The position numbers were made by a program, and so were the translations under genes. Of a stretch of 64,000 nucleotides of DNA, positions 39,301 through 57,852 are shown piece after piece. Source of the stretch: Tubulanus polymorphus (Eukaryota > Animalia > Nemertea). Position 1 is the stretch's first letter. Every line of letters begins with the position of its first letter. The notes below the pieces were generated by a model. That model did not search any database and was not told the DNA's origin. It saw nothing but the letters and a program-made list of their open reading frames with translations. The stretch lies in contig NC_134027.1 in the NCBI RefSeq assembly GCF_964204645.1, forward strand, positions 5,550,485 through 5,614,484, read 5' to 3'.

Positions 39301-40426
39301 TTCTGCAAATCACTAAATTGAAAATTTTTTTGGGACAAATTTTGATGAAAACACGGCAGTGGACCAGAATTTTTTTTATCTAATTTGATGTTATTGCAGA
39401 ATATCGGGAGGCGAATCCGTACTCAAACTAATAACAAAAAGGCCGTAAATTCGCATGTACTCATTTATTTGTTGGAATCACCTCTTATTCAAGAATTGTC
39501 ATTCTTGCCAAGAAATTGAATGATGAAAATGAATCAATCATTTGAAAAGATTTTTTCTGACTAATTTCTCTTAACTTATTTTTCCATGAATTTGTTTGAA
39601 AAAGCAATCATTGTTCAACCACCGAATGAATATTCAAATAATTCAAAGATTTGGAAATTCAAAACGAAGAGAGTCATTTATTGACAAAGGTATAAATAAA
39701 AAAGGACGATGGAAGTGATATTTTCTTTTTTTATTTTTGTTACCACAACGAGTGATATTTGTGTTGTAAATGTTTGTCTGGTTTGCCATCTATGAGCGAG
39801 AAGGCGAATGACACCATTATTTGCTTTCGGTATTTCGGTGTTTTATACGTCAATAAACCCCTATCCAGCTCAATAATTTATGGATATGGAACATCAATCC
39901 TGGCAGTATTGATACAGTGTTGATTTCCCTTGATAATATATACATGTTTTACGTCATACCGTTTTCATTATTGTATTGTTAGATATCTCCCGTACACGTA
40001 TTGTGTTATTTCAGATGATTATGATTGAATACAAAACGATAAAACGCTCCCTTGCTGGCTATAAAAACAATCGGTTTTTACAGCAGATGAAACGTATTCA
40101 TTACTAATGCAGCAACAACACAAGCGCTCCATACCGATCACCGAAACCTTGACAACTTTTCTCCAATGAATTTTAGCATGTGTAGTAGTTTTCAGTGGAG
40201 CTGCGTTAGATATTTGCCTCATATTCAGCAATACAATTGTGTTTATTCAAATAGAATAATTACGACGGGTAATAGGTTATTCTTTCGAAATGTATGGTGT
40301 CTTCAAAGTTCTGAATTCAGTGTTTCATTTCCACAAATATATGCACGCAGAGATGTGTAAATATTATCATATCAAATAGTCATAGTTGTCCCTAGGTTGT
40401 TCGAAATGTCTCTATGATAATGTAGA

Positions 40427-43400
40427 CTAGGATGGTATCGGTTCGGCAAAACCTTCGAACGCCCTGTTACGCATTGAATTGTTCGTACGTGAGAGATTAC
40501 TTTGGTCGTTTTGGGCTTCGTTTTTTGCGTATCGTTTCTTCGCCAGAACAACAAAATGCCCGATGACTGCGGCCACAATAGACAAGCCAGCGCCTATTAC
40601 CAAAGCTACAAATACACCGACCATTTCCTTGGCAGTCAGTGGCTTTGTTTCGATTTTCGTCTGTGACGATGAGCTACGATCTTTACACGTCGAATTGCTG
40701 TCGTAATATCTGAAATGACAGAAGATATAATAACATAATAAATGTGATAGGAATTCATCACGTTCTGTGTTACAGTTCATCTACACGATATGTCTTAGTA
40801 TTTTGGCGCAGGATTTATGAAGAACAATAAAGGGTTGCTTTCTGCGCACAATAAAGATTGGTAGCCTACAGCTGCATTAAGACGTTGCATAAACAACCCG
40901 TACTTAGTTTTGATCTTGGAATCCTGATCATCCTCTCTGACTTTCGTGATCGCCTCGTCAAGTCTCCTTTTTACTGGTAGTCCTAACGGCACACCTAAAG
41001 CGTAACGTATTGTGAACGACGGCTGAGAAACTGCAACCAATTCGCAGTCAATATTCACGTAATAACTACTGATTACGGATTCACTAATGAGAATAAAATC
41101 TCCAACTTTAATCTTTTCAACTGCAGCTTCATAAGAAGGAAGTATGCGCACATCTTTTTCTCTGGTTATTGTACTCCAAAGCAGCAACGCCGGATTCGTT
41201 GTCATCTTTTTCAATAAATTCATAGCTTCGCTTCCATCGACAACGCCATATTTTACTTTCCCTTGTGTTGACAGTACATCGAGCGTTTTGATACTGGCAT
41301 CTTCGTTTCGTAGCGTCAGAAATGCCGTCATATTGGCCGTGTAAGAAGCGTTGAAGACGATGGCAAAAAACATAACAAAAGCGATCATGATTCGACTAGG
41401 GATCGAAGTGGGATTGGTTTCAGAGCTTCCCTGGGTCAAGATGGCCGCTATGTGGTAAAAGCTATCACTCAAGTTGATCGTTTCTGTCGTATAATCGATC
41501 CAAGTCAGTAATGTCAACAGAAAACTCATCACGAAAAGTACACCTAGGATCAGCAGCCATAAATACGTATCAAAAGGTTTCAAAAACTGCCAGATAGTAC
41601 GCTCAACTTGTGGTGCTTTCATAAGCAGACTCAATGTCCACGGTATTGTAGCTTCTGTATAGTCAATAACCCGTGAACGATTCACATCGATGCTAAATGC
41701 ACCGCCAGCCATATCAGCTTTCTGAAATGAAATTCACAACGATGGAATGATTAATGAATTGTATGAGACATCGTCCGTTTAATAATGCAAAACATCAGTC
41801 ATCATTTCAGAAATGATAATTTGAAACAGTTTCAATACTGACCCCAACGATGATGTCACCGACCATTCCATTCCATCCCTTTTCCGCGTGATAATGTCCC
41901 ATTTCTCCGTCAGCTACTAGATAAAACTCGTAAGTGAATCCTAAATGTTTGGCATAGGCGTCCATGTAGTCTTTCAACATGCCGTAGGTTTCGTTGATTC
42001 TGGTCACGCCGTTGGCATCGAGATACGTGAAAATAAATGGTGGGTCCTGCAACGTAGATATTCATTTATCCTATTTATATAGATATCACAATGCATTCAT
42101 CATATGTATAGATAAATTCTCCAATATCGGTACAAAGATCTTTGAATAATATTTGAATAACATCTGTACATGTGGAATGAAACTCACCGCTCTGGTCACG
42201 ATGCGAATAGGATCTCGTGAAAATAACGGCATTTTTTTCGCGGGTAGAATTTTTTCGGCTTCTGCCGTAGGACTCACAACTATCGGGCCCTGATAATGTC
42301 TCGAGGTTGCACTAGCCAACTGATGAAAAATTATACATACATATTTATATAGATAGCTTCATGTTTTATGAGTCTTAAACTCTATTCAAGATGCGCAAGG
42401 CGTAACAAACCAAATTTATGTCGAACACGTAAAAGGATCAACAGGCAGTCGCAACACTTGCCTGTAAAAACCCTTTTCCATATCTGGTACCGTAAATCTT
42501 AAAGTAGACAGCACGGCAAAATCGTCCCGAATTCGTAGGGCTCATGACACCAGGCGTAGTTATCCATCTAACTGTAGTTTTGAAGTCCTGCAAGAAGTAT
42601 CAGTAAAAGTAGATTAGCCACAACAGTTGCTGTGGTTTTTCATCAGTCAGTCCCAAATATACGAGCTCTTACCGCAGCTGCCTTCCATATATCGAAGGAG
42701 GAAACGAAGTCAGTGTATGAGTAAAACCCTATCTTAGGAAATCCTGTACCTTTGAGATGTATTAGTGCAGATGACATTGCCGAAATACTGTCCAAAATAG
42801 TGGCGTATAACACCAAACTACCAGCCGGGAATGATGATACCTGTATATTCTTGTGAATATTATTTCCTGAAACCACGTCCGCATTTATGATGTTAAAACC
42901 TTGAACATTTGAATACGACGATTGTAGCAAAGTTTGCAATGTCATTGGCAAGTTTTTGGTGCCCTACAAATAGAAACGATCTAATATCATTCGCTATACA
43001 GTACAGTCAAATCTGCGTCAAATGGGATAATCGGATATAAGTCGGTCGAAATAAGGAGGTACGGGATTTTCCTAATCAATTTTGTATCTTTAAATCAGAT
43101 TTGGTAAGTCATAAACTCGCCTAAATCGGAGAAACATTCAATCCCCAAAAAAAGAGAAAATCGCATTTTAAGATAAGTCGAACGTTTGTTATTGTTTTAT
43201 CCGACACTTTCTTCATGTTAAAGTTAATTGCCTCATAATTTTCTGTAATCAGATGCCATGTGTTTCGGGTTTTCTAAATCCGATTTTCTTCCTTTTTCAG
43301 TCTGATCTTAGGCGGACATATCTTGGGCAATATATAGCTTTATAGAATTGTACATTACCAGATAGGTTAGATACCACGAGTAGAAATGCGTCAACATATC

Positions 43401-44779
43401 CAGACTATGGCTCTGAAAATAGATGGATAATGTAACTTATCGCCTTCATTTTGATGAAAATGCGAATTGAGATAGGCCTAGATGTGTGTTTACATATTTT
43501 TCACAATTCATCAAAAAGTTTAATCGGGTCACTGCAGTTTGCAACAGATGTTTATTCAAATAATTCATTTCAATTCTATATTTCAACGGGGACGTATCTG
43601 TCCCGTGAAAAGGTGAATCGAGTTCAAAAGGCTTATGCATGTTATTTGGATAGAATGTTATGAAACAAATATAGCATCAGTTCAAAAGATACAAAGAACT
43701 TTGCCAACCGCCCACCATCCACGTACTTAAACAAGATCTTACCGCATTTAGAATGCGATGAATATTCTCTTCGTTGGAACTGTGTAGTACGATTTTATCA
43801 TAGCCGAGGTCTCGAACCTCTTTCAGTAATTCTTTCAAGGCGATATCGTTGACATGGCGGTCGATGTAGACAGGGTGGTACGAGTGTTTTGAAAGGGAAT
43901 GTATACCCGTCATAGATGTTTCGCTGTGTTTAAGAAATTCAGTTAATTCAGCTGGAATAAGTGAAGATCGCATTTTGATTAGCCGCCAACTCTCAAAAAT
44001 ATATATTTGAATTGAGCAACGGTTATTAATGACACCATTCCACGTGATCACTTTAAGGGACGGGTACCGTACTAAGTTTTCAAAGCTTTAGTAAGAGTAG
44101 TAATTTCGTCATCTGATTTATCATAATAATCTTACATGCTTCGTCTCCTATAATTGCCGCAGAAACTGCCGTCTTTGGATCCAACATGATAGCGATCGTC
44201 TCAGCAATGACGTCCATAGTGGGCAGTATGCTGTAGTGATTGGTGTTGAAATGTTCGCACGTGTTCAGAGGCCCGGGCGAGATAATAAAATATGGAACAT
44301 CGGCAAACAAAGCTGCTAGTACTGGCTCATAACGTGACATAATGGCACCCAGTGTAAGGTTTCCGGTTCTACTCTTCAGTGCATTTACTGTAATAATTGA
44401 GAACAGAAAGCAGAATAGGCTAAACCGATGCGACCGATGTAAACGTCTGAAACTTGAAGATAATTTTTTTAGAATGATACCTTCTTTATATAAAGTTGGT
44501 GAATACAGTTTTCCTTGAATGTCGAATCGGTGGACAATGAACTGGGGTTCGGTATATAACGAACATAAACGCTCGGCTGCCTTGATGTAAGCTTCATCCC
44601 GACCATCAATCAACACAAAGTCTGATAATCAATCATACATCTAATTATAATTCAAATTGATAATTTATTCGCGACTGTTGCATGCAGGCATGATGTTTTT
44701 TTCACTTACAAATGTTGAACTGTATCGGGTTAGTCGCGATGAAGCCAATTAGGCCTGTGAGGATCCAAATTACATGCAT
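40427..44779 (-). CDS. Divergent ionotropic glutamate receptor / IR-like ligand-gated channel with N-terminal domain
   Basis: Exons at about 44779-44710 (hydrophobic leader MHVIWILTGLIGFIA), 44621-44481, 44387-44136, 43951-43743, 43410-43359, 42963-42673, 42587-42462, 42319-42188, 42046-41843, 41721-40904, 40709-40427. Motifs: DPPF, LGFTYEFYLVADG, GWNGMVGD, GAFSIDVNRSRVIDY, FLKPF..LW (M1), LTQG (pore), SYTANMTAFLT (M3), YGVVDGS, ES...DCEL, YALG, and M4 GVFVALVIGAGLS. Confidence 0.9.
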
Positions 44780-47700
44780 TTGTGCAGCATCGGTATTTGA
44801 ACCTATTTAGAAACGAAGATTTCGAAACCACGACATATAGAAATATTGGTTATACAAGTGCTAAAAAATGATGGGCTCTGGTAGATTTGACTCGATGTTA
44901 CATAGATTTATTCGTGGGTTTACAATCTAATTCACTCGGCGCGATGTCAATTTTCTCTCCAAATACGTTAATGGATCGACGATAATGGCAATGTGTCGCA
45001 GTGCCGGTAATTGTTTTATGTCGGCGTTTAAGGATGTGACACATAATTCTAGAGTTCCTATCTCCAAAATATATACGACATAAATCTGTAAAATAATTTT
45101 CTAATTTGTTGCGTTTTTCATTTGAAGCGTCAAAACGAATTTTTCTCATCCGTTTTGGTGCACCAAAAACGAAATTCCAAAAACTCTATTCCAAATGGAA
45201 TTTTTTGGAAATTCCGGCTGCTGTTTTCTAAGTTGATATTTCGTCGCCTTAATTTTGCATACCGAACAATTTTCATGATGGCCCGAATCAGCCAAGAAAG
45301 AGACAAGTAATTGTTTAAAAAAATGTATTTCTATTATTCTATAAAAAAAAAAATAAAGCAGCACGTCTCTATTAGCTCATGAGCTTCCCTCACGAGTTCA
45401 AAATGACTGTTTCTAGTTTACCCTTAAAACTGCGATGATACTAATTGATTCTGAAACGTCCGTTGTGGTGTGTTGAAAAATCATAGATATTATTAGAACT
45501 TTGAAAATATATAACCTACCTAATTAAGGTGAACCTGTGATATTTTCCTTTTTATGCATATGTATTTAATTTATTTGTTATCGCTCAGATTTTGTGCTGC
45601 ACAATACGTAAACTATAGTGTCTGCATAATCCCGATACAAATTATATTTCCAACATCAAACAACCTGACACCGAGTGCTAGAAATGAATTAAACATTAGG
45701 ACATTGTATCTAGTTCCCGACATCACCACCAGCTGGCTTTGTCACTGGTACCGTTAAGGGGACAAGAATTCTGATGACGGCACTAGTCATTTCTGAGTGT
45801 AAATGAATATATTTTTATGACCATACCGCCAGATCGTTGTCACTCGATCAACAGAACATCGTACTGATGTTCATAATCACATTTTCTGCGCGAAACGTTC
45901 TTGTTTATTGAGATAATCTGACTCATTCCTCTAAGGTACCATTTGTTGCTGATCGAGGATCCGGCAGTCGGGGTCACAGTTGTCAGTTACGAAACATAGG
46001 TTATCGAATTGGTTATCATTCCCACGAGGAAGGCAATATCGTCGGTGCGGGATAGAACATGTCCAAATCCCTATCCCCGAGCCAACCTCCTGAAGGATAT
46101 TTTTTTACGACGGTGTCCGGTGATAATGCCAGGGGTAAAAATGCCAAAAGGAAACATGCAGAAAATTGATAGATACGTATTTCGTAAAATAGTTAGGCAA
46201 TCGTATAGTAGGAGAAAAATGGTTTTGCTTTGATCTAGTCAATGATAGTAAGCCGATGACCTTTGTAAAATTTAGTACATGTATATGATTTAATACTTTT
46301 TCATATAAACTGTTTTTAAGTAAAAAATGATTGTGTGCATTCACTTTTTAATTTTTTCGTTAATCTAGAAATATTCTAGACGTATATATCTAAACTTTGC
46401 ATTCAATATATAAATCTAATGGTACGTCATCTGGTGTATGCCGTATCCACTGTTAATCATAGATTTACTATTTTATTTCTGTGGAGAAAATAATTCATAT
46501 CATATCACTTAATTCTGTGCATTTTTCTGGCAGTTTTATCAATGGCCTTAATATGATTCTCACAACTCAAATCACTGAAAACCGATTAGCGCTTTCATGT
46601 TATATCATCCTCCTCATCATTTAAATCTAAGATCTACAACTATAATTTCTGAATCCACGGGGAAAAGCAAAGTATCTGCGATGAAACATAAAGAAAAGCA
46701 GAACAACTGTATATCCGTCTCCATGTTTATTTACATATATACAGACAATTATGTACAACGAAATACATCGACTGTTTTAATGAAATACATATGCATCAGT
46801 TCTTTTTCCATTAGTCGTAAAACATTTATCATTATAAATAATGCAATTTCATCACTTAAAAAGCTGTTTATTTACATTATATACAGAAGTTAGGGTCAAA
46901 CTTGATTATGACAGTTGATATTAAGCATAGTTAAAACGTTTCGGCGCAACAGCAACGTAGTTACTTGCATACCTCAGAGGAACACAGCTGAACTGCGAAA
47001 ATGATGTGTTCAACTAACATTAAATGGATGGAACAAAAAAAAACTACGATTCATACACAAATATTTCTGTACATGTCTCCGAATAGCACACGTTATACAA
47101 ACAAAGATTTTTAGCACCTCATAATAAATTAATTTACCAGTATCTTTCCAATATCAAATTTAAATGTTGATCGAGCACTTAGGAAATCCTAATAATGAAA
47201 ACTGATTGTACCTATTACGATATTTATTTAAAATTCGATTCATGATAAAATCTCAACGTGCATCAGATATGTGTCGCAGCTCGTTTATCTTTACATTCTT
47301 GGAACATAAAAACAGCAGATTATAATCATTAAAATTTAGTCATTTATCGTGGTTAAAATCTCAAACATGATGGAAATACTTGACGATTACAGTAGTACGA
47401 TGTACATACACAATCTAATACTAAACTTTCATTTTCTAAATTATTTTCTTCACAGAAAATCACTGGTAGTAATAGTATCATTCTATGCATTTTGATTGTT
47501 GGGAATTCATATGGTACGCACATCTCAGAAAATAAGTACTTAAATGAGTAGATAATTGTTGAGCAATTCTTTAATTCTTTCAGTTAAGACATTGTTTACA
47601 ACACAATTAGTTTTGTTTGAGAACAACAACGAATTTCTTTTCGATATAAAAGATCTAGGCACAACCGATATGCATGAAATTCAAAAATTAAAATTGCTGC

Positions 47701-47855
47701 CGAAACATATTGCACAATAACACCCAATTCATCTTTTCTAGTGATAATCATCATGTGAATCAAACCCCAGTGCAAGACACGAGCCTGACTAGTTACATCC
47801 ACATGATTAAGAATTGTATCAGCATCGTTACTGTGGTGAGATCAGTCAACTGCGG

Positions 47856-53855
<6,000 letters not shown>

Positions 53856-54173
53856 ACTATTCAATTCTAGCTACGAATATTTCTAGTTGATAAAACATCT
53901 GCAGTTGTGGTTTGAATCTAATTCAACCTAGAAATGTGAAAGATATCTTCGGTTAGTATTTACGTATTTCAAGAGAGCTGTGACCTGAAGTCAACCAGTC
54001 TAAGACCATCTTAGTTCTTAATTTTTGTGCTTAAGTCTCGAGAGACTGATGCCAGATGTTCGACTGCTGCATGGACGATATATTTGTTTCCTAAATCTAC
54101 ATTATATCTATGGGAGTGACTGCACTTTAGGTGCCCCTAATAATATGAGGGGTAATAATATGGTTATGTACCT

Positions 54174-54621
54174 CGGTCATCCTTATTACCGAGATGACGT
54201 ATTTTACCGAGATGAACCGAGATCAATCGAGATGAAATTAAATATGACATATTTATTTATTCCTTATCGATTTTTACCATTGAGATCATATTATATCAGT
54301 AATAAATGCCTGCTGGAGTCATATTTTACATATTTTGTCGGATAATTTTGTAGAAAAATAACTTAACTTTGCCGAGATAAGATCGTCGATCAAATTCAAT
54401 GAAATTTTATTGCTAACCGAGTTTACGTATTTGAAGTCAAAATTTTTTTAAATAAAAAAAATATGTAAAATATGACTCTTAGAAGGTATTTATTACTGAT
54501 ATAACATGATTTCAAGTGTTAAAATCGATAAGAAATAAATAAATATGCTATATTTCATTTCATCTCGGTTCGTCTCGGTTCATCTCGGTAAAATACGTCA
54601 TCTCGGTAATAAGGATGACCC
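54174..54621. mobile_element. Long-TIR MITE with 8-bp TSD, upstream of the MBTPS1 ATG
   Basis: Inverted repeats of about 165 bp (GGTCATCCTTATTACCGAGATGACGTATTTTACCGAGATGAACCGAGA... and ...TCTCGGTTCATCTCGGTAAAATACGTCATCTCGGTAATAAGGATGACC). ATGTACCT is duplicated at 54166-54173 and 54622-54629. Internal CCGAGATG subrepeats. Confidence 0.88.
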
Positions 54622-54832
54622 ATGTACCTAACCTTACCACTAACACTTTTCTTTAATAACACTAGCGCCATACACTGGAAAGGTGACCTAAACTGCAGTT
54701 AGACCAATAATTTAGTTTTTATTAGACCCCTTCCAGGCCACAGGATCAAATCTTTGATTTTGGACCCCCAGCCATCGACATCGTGACGGTGTGTTTCTGT
54801 GGTGTTCATCCTGGCCTGCCTCACAGACACAG

Positions 54833-54966
54833 GGGCTCGTATTTGAAGTTTGGGGGTGAACTGTAGCTTAGATCATCAAGTATCCCTGATACTATTAATA
54901 CATATAGTACCAGGGATACCGGATGATCTAAGCTACAGTTCACCCCCAAACTTCAAATACGAGCCC
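54833..54966. mobile_element. PIF/Harbinger-type foldback MITE (near-perfect hairpin)
   Basis: GGGCTCGTATTTGAAGTTTGGGGGTGAACTGTAGCTTAGATCATC is exactly complemented by GATGATCTAAGCTACAGTTCACCCCCAAACTTCAAATACGAGCCC. Flanks are CAG and CTG (CWG). Confidence 0.82.
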
Positions 54967-55200
54967 CTGTGGCCTGTCTTGCCCAGTTTAGTAAAGCCTT
55001 TCATTTTTTGGCTTTATCTATGCCCAATGCTGACATACATTGAGTACGTTTAGTTACATTTAACATAATTAGCTGGATTCATCAACAAGCGCATTAATAA
55101 TGCATTCATTTTCTATTCAGATGATCACTTGATTTAAAATAAGTCCAACGTCAGTCGCACAATTATGGAAAAACCGAATAAAAATATTCTTCAACGACGA

Positions 55201-55210
55201 CCGCCATCTT
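55201..55210 (-). promoter_or_regulatory. YY1-type motif (AAGATGGCGG), probable MBTPS1 transcription-start region
   Basis: CCGCCATCTT on the + strand next to a locally CpG-rich stretch, 1.35 kb upstream of the MBTPS1 ATG and in the gene's orientation. An acceptor-like TTTCTAG at ~53929 suggests a non-coding first exon. Confidence 0.4.
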
Positions 55211-55882
55211 AAATTCTTGACACTGCGCGAACAAGCGCGAGCTATATATACATAATTCAATTCAATTTATTCATCATAATCCATTCATTTGCGGGCCGGA
55301 TTGGTTACAAAACGACCGTCCCGTCCGCGACCGGACACGCGCATACGAATAATGACTCATTATGAGTTATCCGGTTTGCTCGGCTACCCGTATTGGTGGG
55401 GTAGTCTAGAGAGGCCAATGAAAACCCCGGTTTGCTGAACTACCCCTCTTTGCGGGGATGCGGTGTGATGTTTGATCTGACAGTTGTGGTTAATGGCTGT
55501 TTCAAGTACTTACAACGATGCTTATTACTTCGTGGTACATGGTGGTTTAAAAAACGATTTCATAATAATACGCTGACCGCGTGGGCTTCGTAGAAAGACC
55601 ACTGCCTTCCCAAATTTTAATTGTCCTGTCCGATTTGGTTTCGTCCAATTGAGAGACTGCCTTTTGCAGTTAGGGCATTTTTGGATCACATAACCCAGGA
55701 AATAACTTACGCTTTTGGGCCCCTTCGTCGGTTCCACATGTTTCATTTGAGCTATAGACCACAATGGTGAAACCATGATGGTCAGAAACTGACCAATTGA
55801 AATATCCCGAGTCTGACCACTTGACTTCGAATTTCGGAAATTTTTCAAGTCATGTTTGTTTTCAAACTACTGAAGAATCATT

Positions 55883-56092
55883 GCAAATTCATAAACTGAC
55901 CACCACTGACCACCACTGACCAATTCAAACTACTTGAATTTGAAAACGATATACCGCGTTATGGTTTCAAACTAGAAAGGATTCGCCATAAATATTGAGA
56001 ATTCATAAATTGACCATCACTGACCACCTCTGACCAATTCATGCTTCTCGAATATGAGAACGATATACCACGTTACGGTGTCAAACTAGAAA
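55883..56092. repeat. Two diverged tandem ~114-bp units with CTGACCA subrepeats (probable transposon remnant)
   Basis: TTCATAAACTGACCACCACTGACC...CGATATACCGCGTTATGGTTTCAAACTAGAA at 55888 repeats as TTCATAAATTGACCATCACTGACC...CGATATACCACGTTACGGTGTCAAACTAGAA at 56002. Confidence 0.7.
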
Positions 56093-57278
56093 AACTGAAA
56101 AGCACCACAGTGAAAAAGTTGCAATACATGTAACTGAACAATTGAAAAGTTTTAACATGAATGACGAACATGTATGTCGTTTTTTAATGAGTTATTTAAA
56201 AAACAGTTCAGAATAAAAACATGAATACATTACACCTACAAATTCACTCACACTCTGGAGAGCGTAAGGTTAACTAATTAATCTTACTTATTACAAGAAA
56301 ACTAAAAACATTGCCAAATTTTCCTTGTCTTTAAGAGATTTCTTCAAACATCACTATCAACTAGCATTTCACAAATGTTACATTTGAAATAAAGCAGGGT
56401 CCGATCTAAGCACTAGTTCAATTGCCCGGGACAAGTATATTTTCATTAGGGCATGTAGGTTATCATTATCGCTCATCCACCGGGCTTGTGTAATTATATA
56501 TCTCAAAGCTTTTATCCCACTCGATGCAAGGGATGATTGTGTCACAATCGGACTGCTCATGTAGGGCACGTTGAGGGGGCAAGCGATATTACATATTATG
56601 CTTGCCCTGCGGTCGAATGGCATTTATTCCTTAGATCAAACCCTGCAAACTATTATAAAGGAAATTCTTCTTGTCCAGACATTACAGGCCCCACACAGAG
56701 ACGCGGTTAAAACGATAATCAAAACAAAGCTAGGACGATTGCCCAATTAGCATTGCATCCACAAGTTATCCTCTATTTTCGACAGGGCCTTAATTAAATC
56801 AGTATCTTATGAACGACTGAAAAGCACCAAAGTGAAATTGTTGCTATAAAACTTAACAACTGAAAAATTTCAACATGAATGATGAAAATGTACATTGTTT
56901 TATTCACACAACAATAATATCTTAATCGAGGAATCATCATGTAAGTTCCTAATTTACAGACACGTGAACTGTATTACAATAACAGTCTCTAACATAAAGC
57001 GTAACTATAACTATTCAGACGTTTTTTCTTCCAGTTTCGAAAACATCAACATAATTATACAATCGGTAACTAATCAATAACATCAATAACTTAAGTTTAT
57101 AGCTGTTTTAAATTCTTTCTAAAAAGTAAAATGTATGTACATGATTTTAGATAGTAAGTCTGCCCCGTAAGTCTACCCCAGTATAACAATAAACAGTCAC
57201 AGCAGTGATTGAGCGCAGCTAGTTCTAAGGACGGGTCGATCTTTCATCACAGTTATTCAAAGCATTCTATCATATCAG

Positions 57279-57852
57279 TTATTTTTAGGGTTTTCTGACT
57301 TTCGTCGAAAACCCTCTTGAAATTCTGTTGATTATTATTAGGGTTTTCTGACTTTCGTTGAAAACCCTCTTGAAATTCTGTGGATTATTATTATTATTAT
57401 TATTATATATTTTCCGCCGATTTCGTCAAATAAAATTCATCTTCATTCAGATTCGGCAGCTGACAGCTTCGAAACGAAATGTATAAATTGATACTGTAAT
57501 AACGGTCTCTCTGAACCAACAGATTGTCTGAATGTACTTTCCATCGTATTTGAAACTTAAAATTACTTATTAGGTTACTGTAAATAAAGAATTGAATTGA
57601 ATTGTTAGACAACAAGCACCGGCGAAATAACAGTTTGTGACGTCATTTAGTAAGTAAATAAAGGAGGGCTCCGAGAATTTCCAAATCACGGGGACTATAC
57701 TGGGTTAGACCATTCAACCAAAAAGAGGATTGCTCCGATAATATCCAAATCATCTCATTTTATTTTTTCCATCGAATACCCGGTAATTAATTTTTCCTTT
57801 CGATCACATGCATCCAGAAAACCCGTTATCGCTGCTTTGCAGCTATATTTTT
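57279..57852 (+). mobile_element. Non-autonomous Helentron (HINE/DINE-1-like) element
   Basis: 5' TTAGGGTTTTCTGAC...GAAAACCCT inverted repeat (present twice in tandem, 53-bp period), an (ATT)n microsatellite, a 3' subterminal repeat CAGAAAACCC (57815-57824), hairpin GCTGC-TTT-GCAGC and a T-rich end. This is the characteristic HINE layout. Confidence 0.78.

Noticed and set aside
43003-43350. TA|CAGTCAAATC start resembling a Tc1/mariner MITE in an iGluR intron
   Set aside because: No convincing matching right TIR was found.
54025-55053. ORFs 54025-54345 and 54850-55053
   Set aside because: Both lie largely in MITE inverted repeats and have non-ATG starts.
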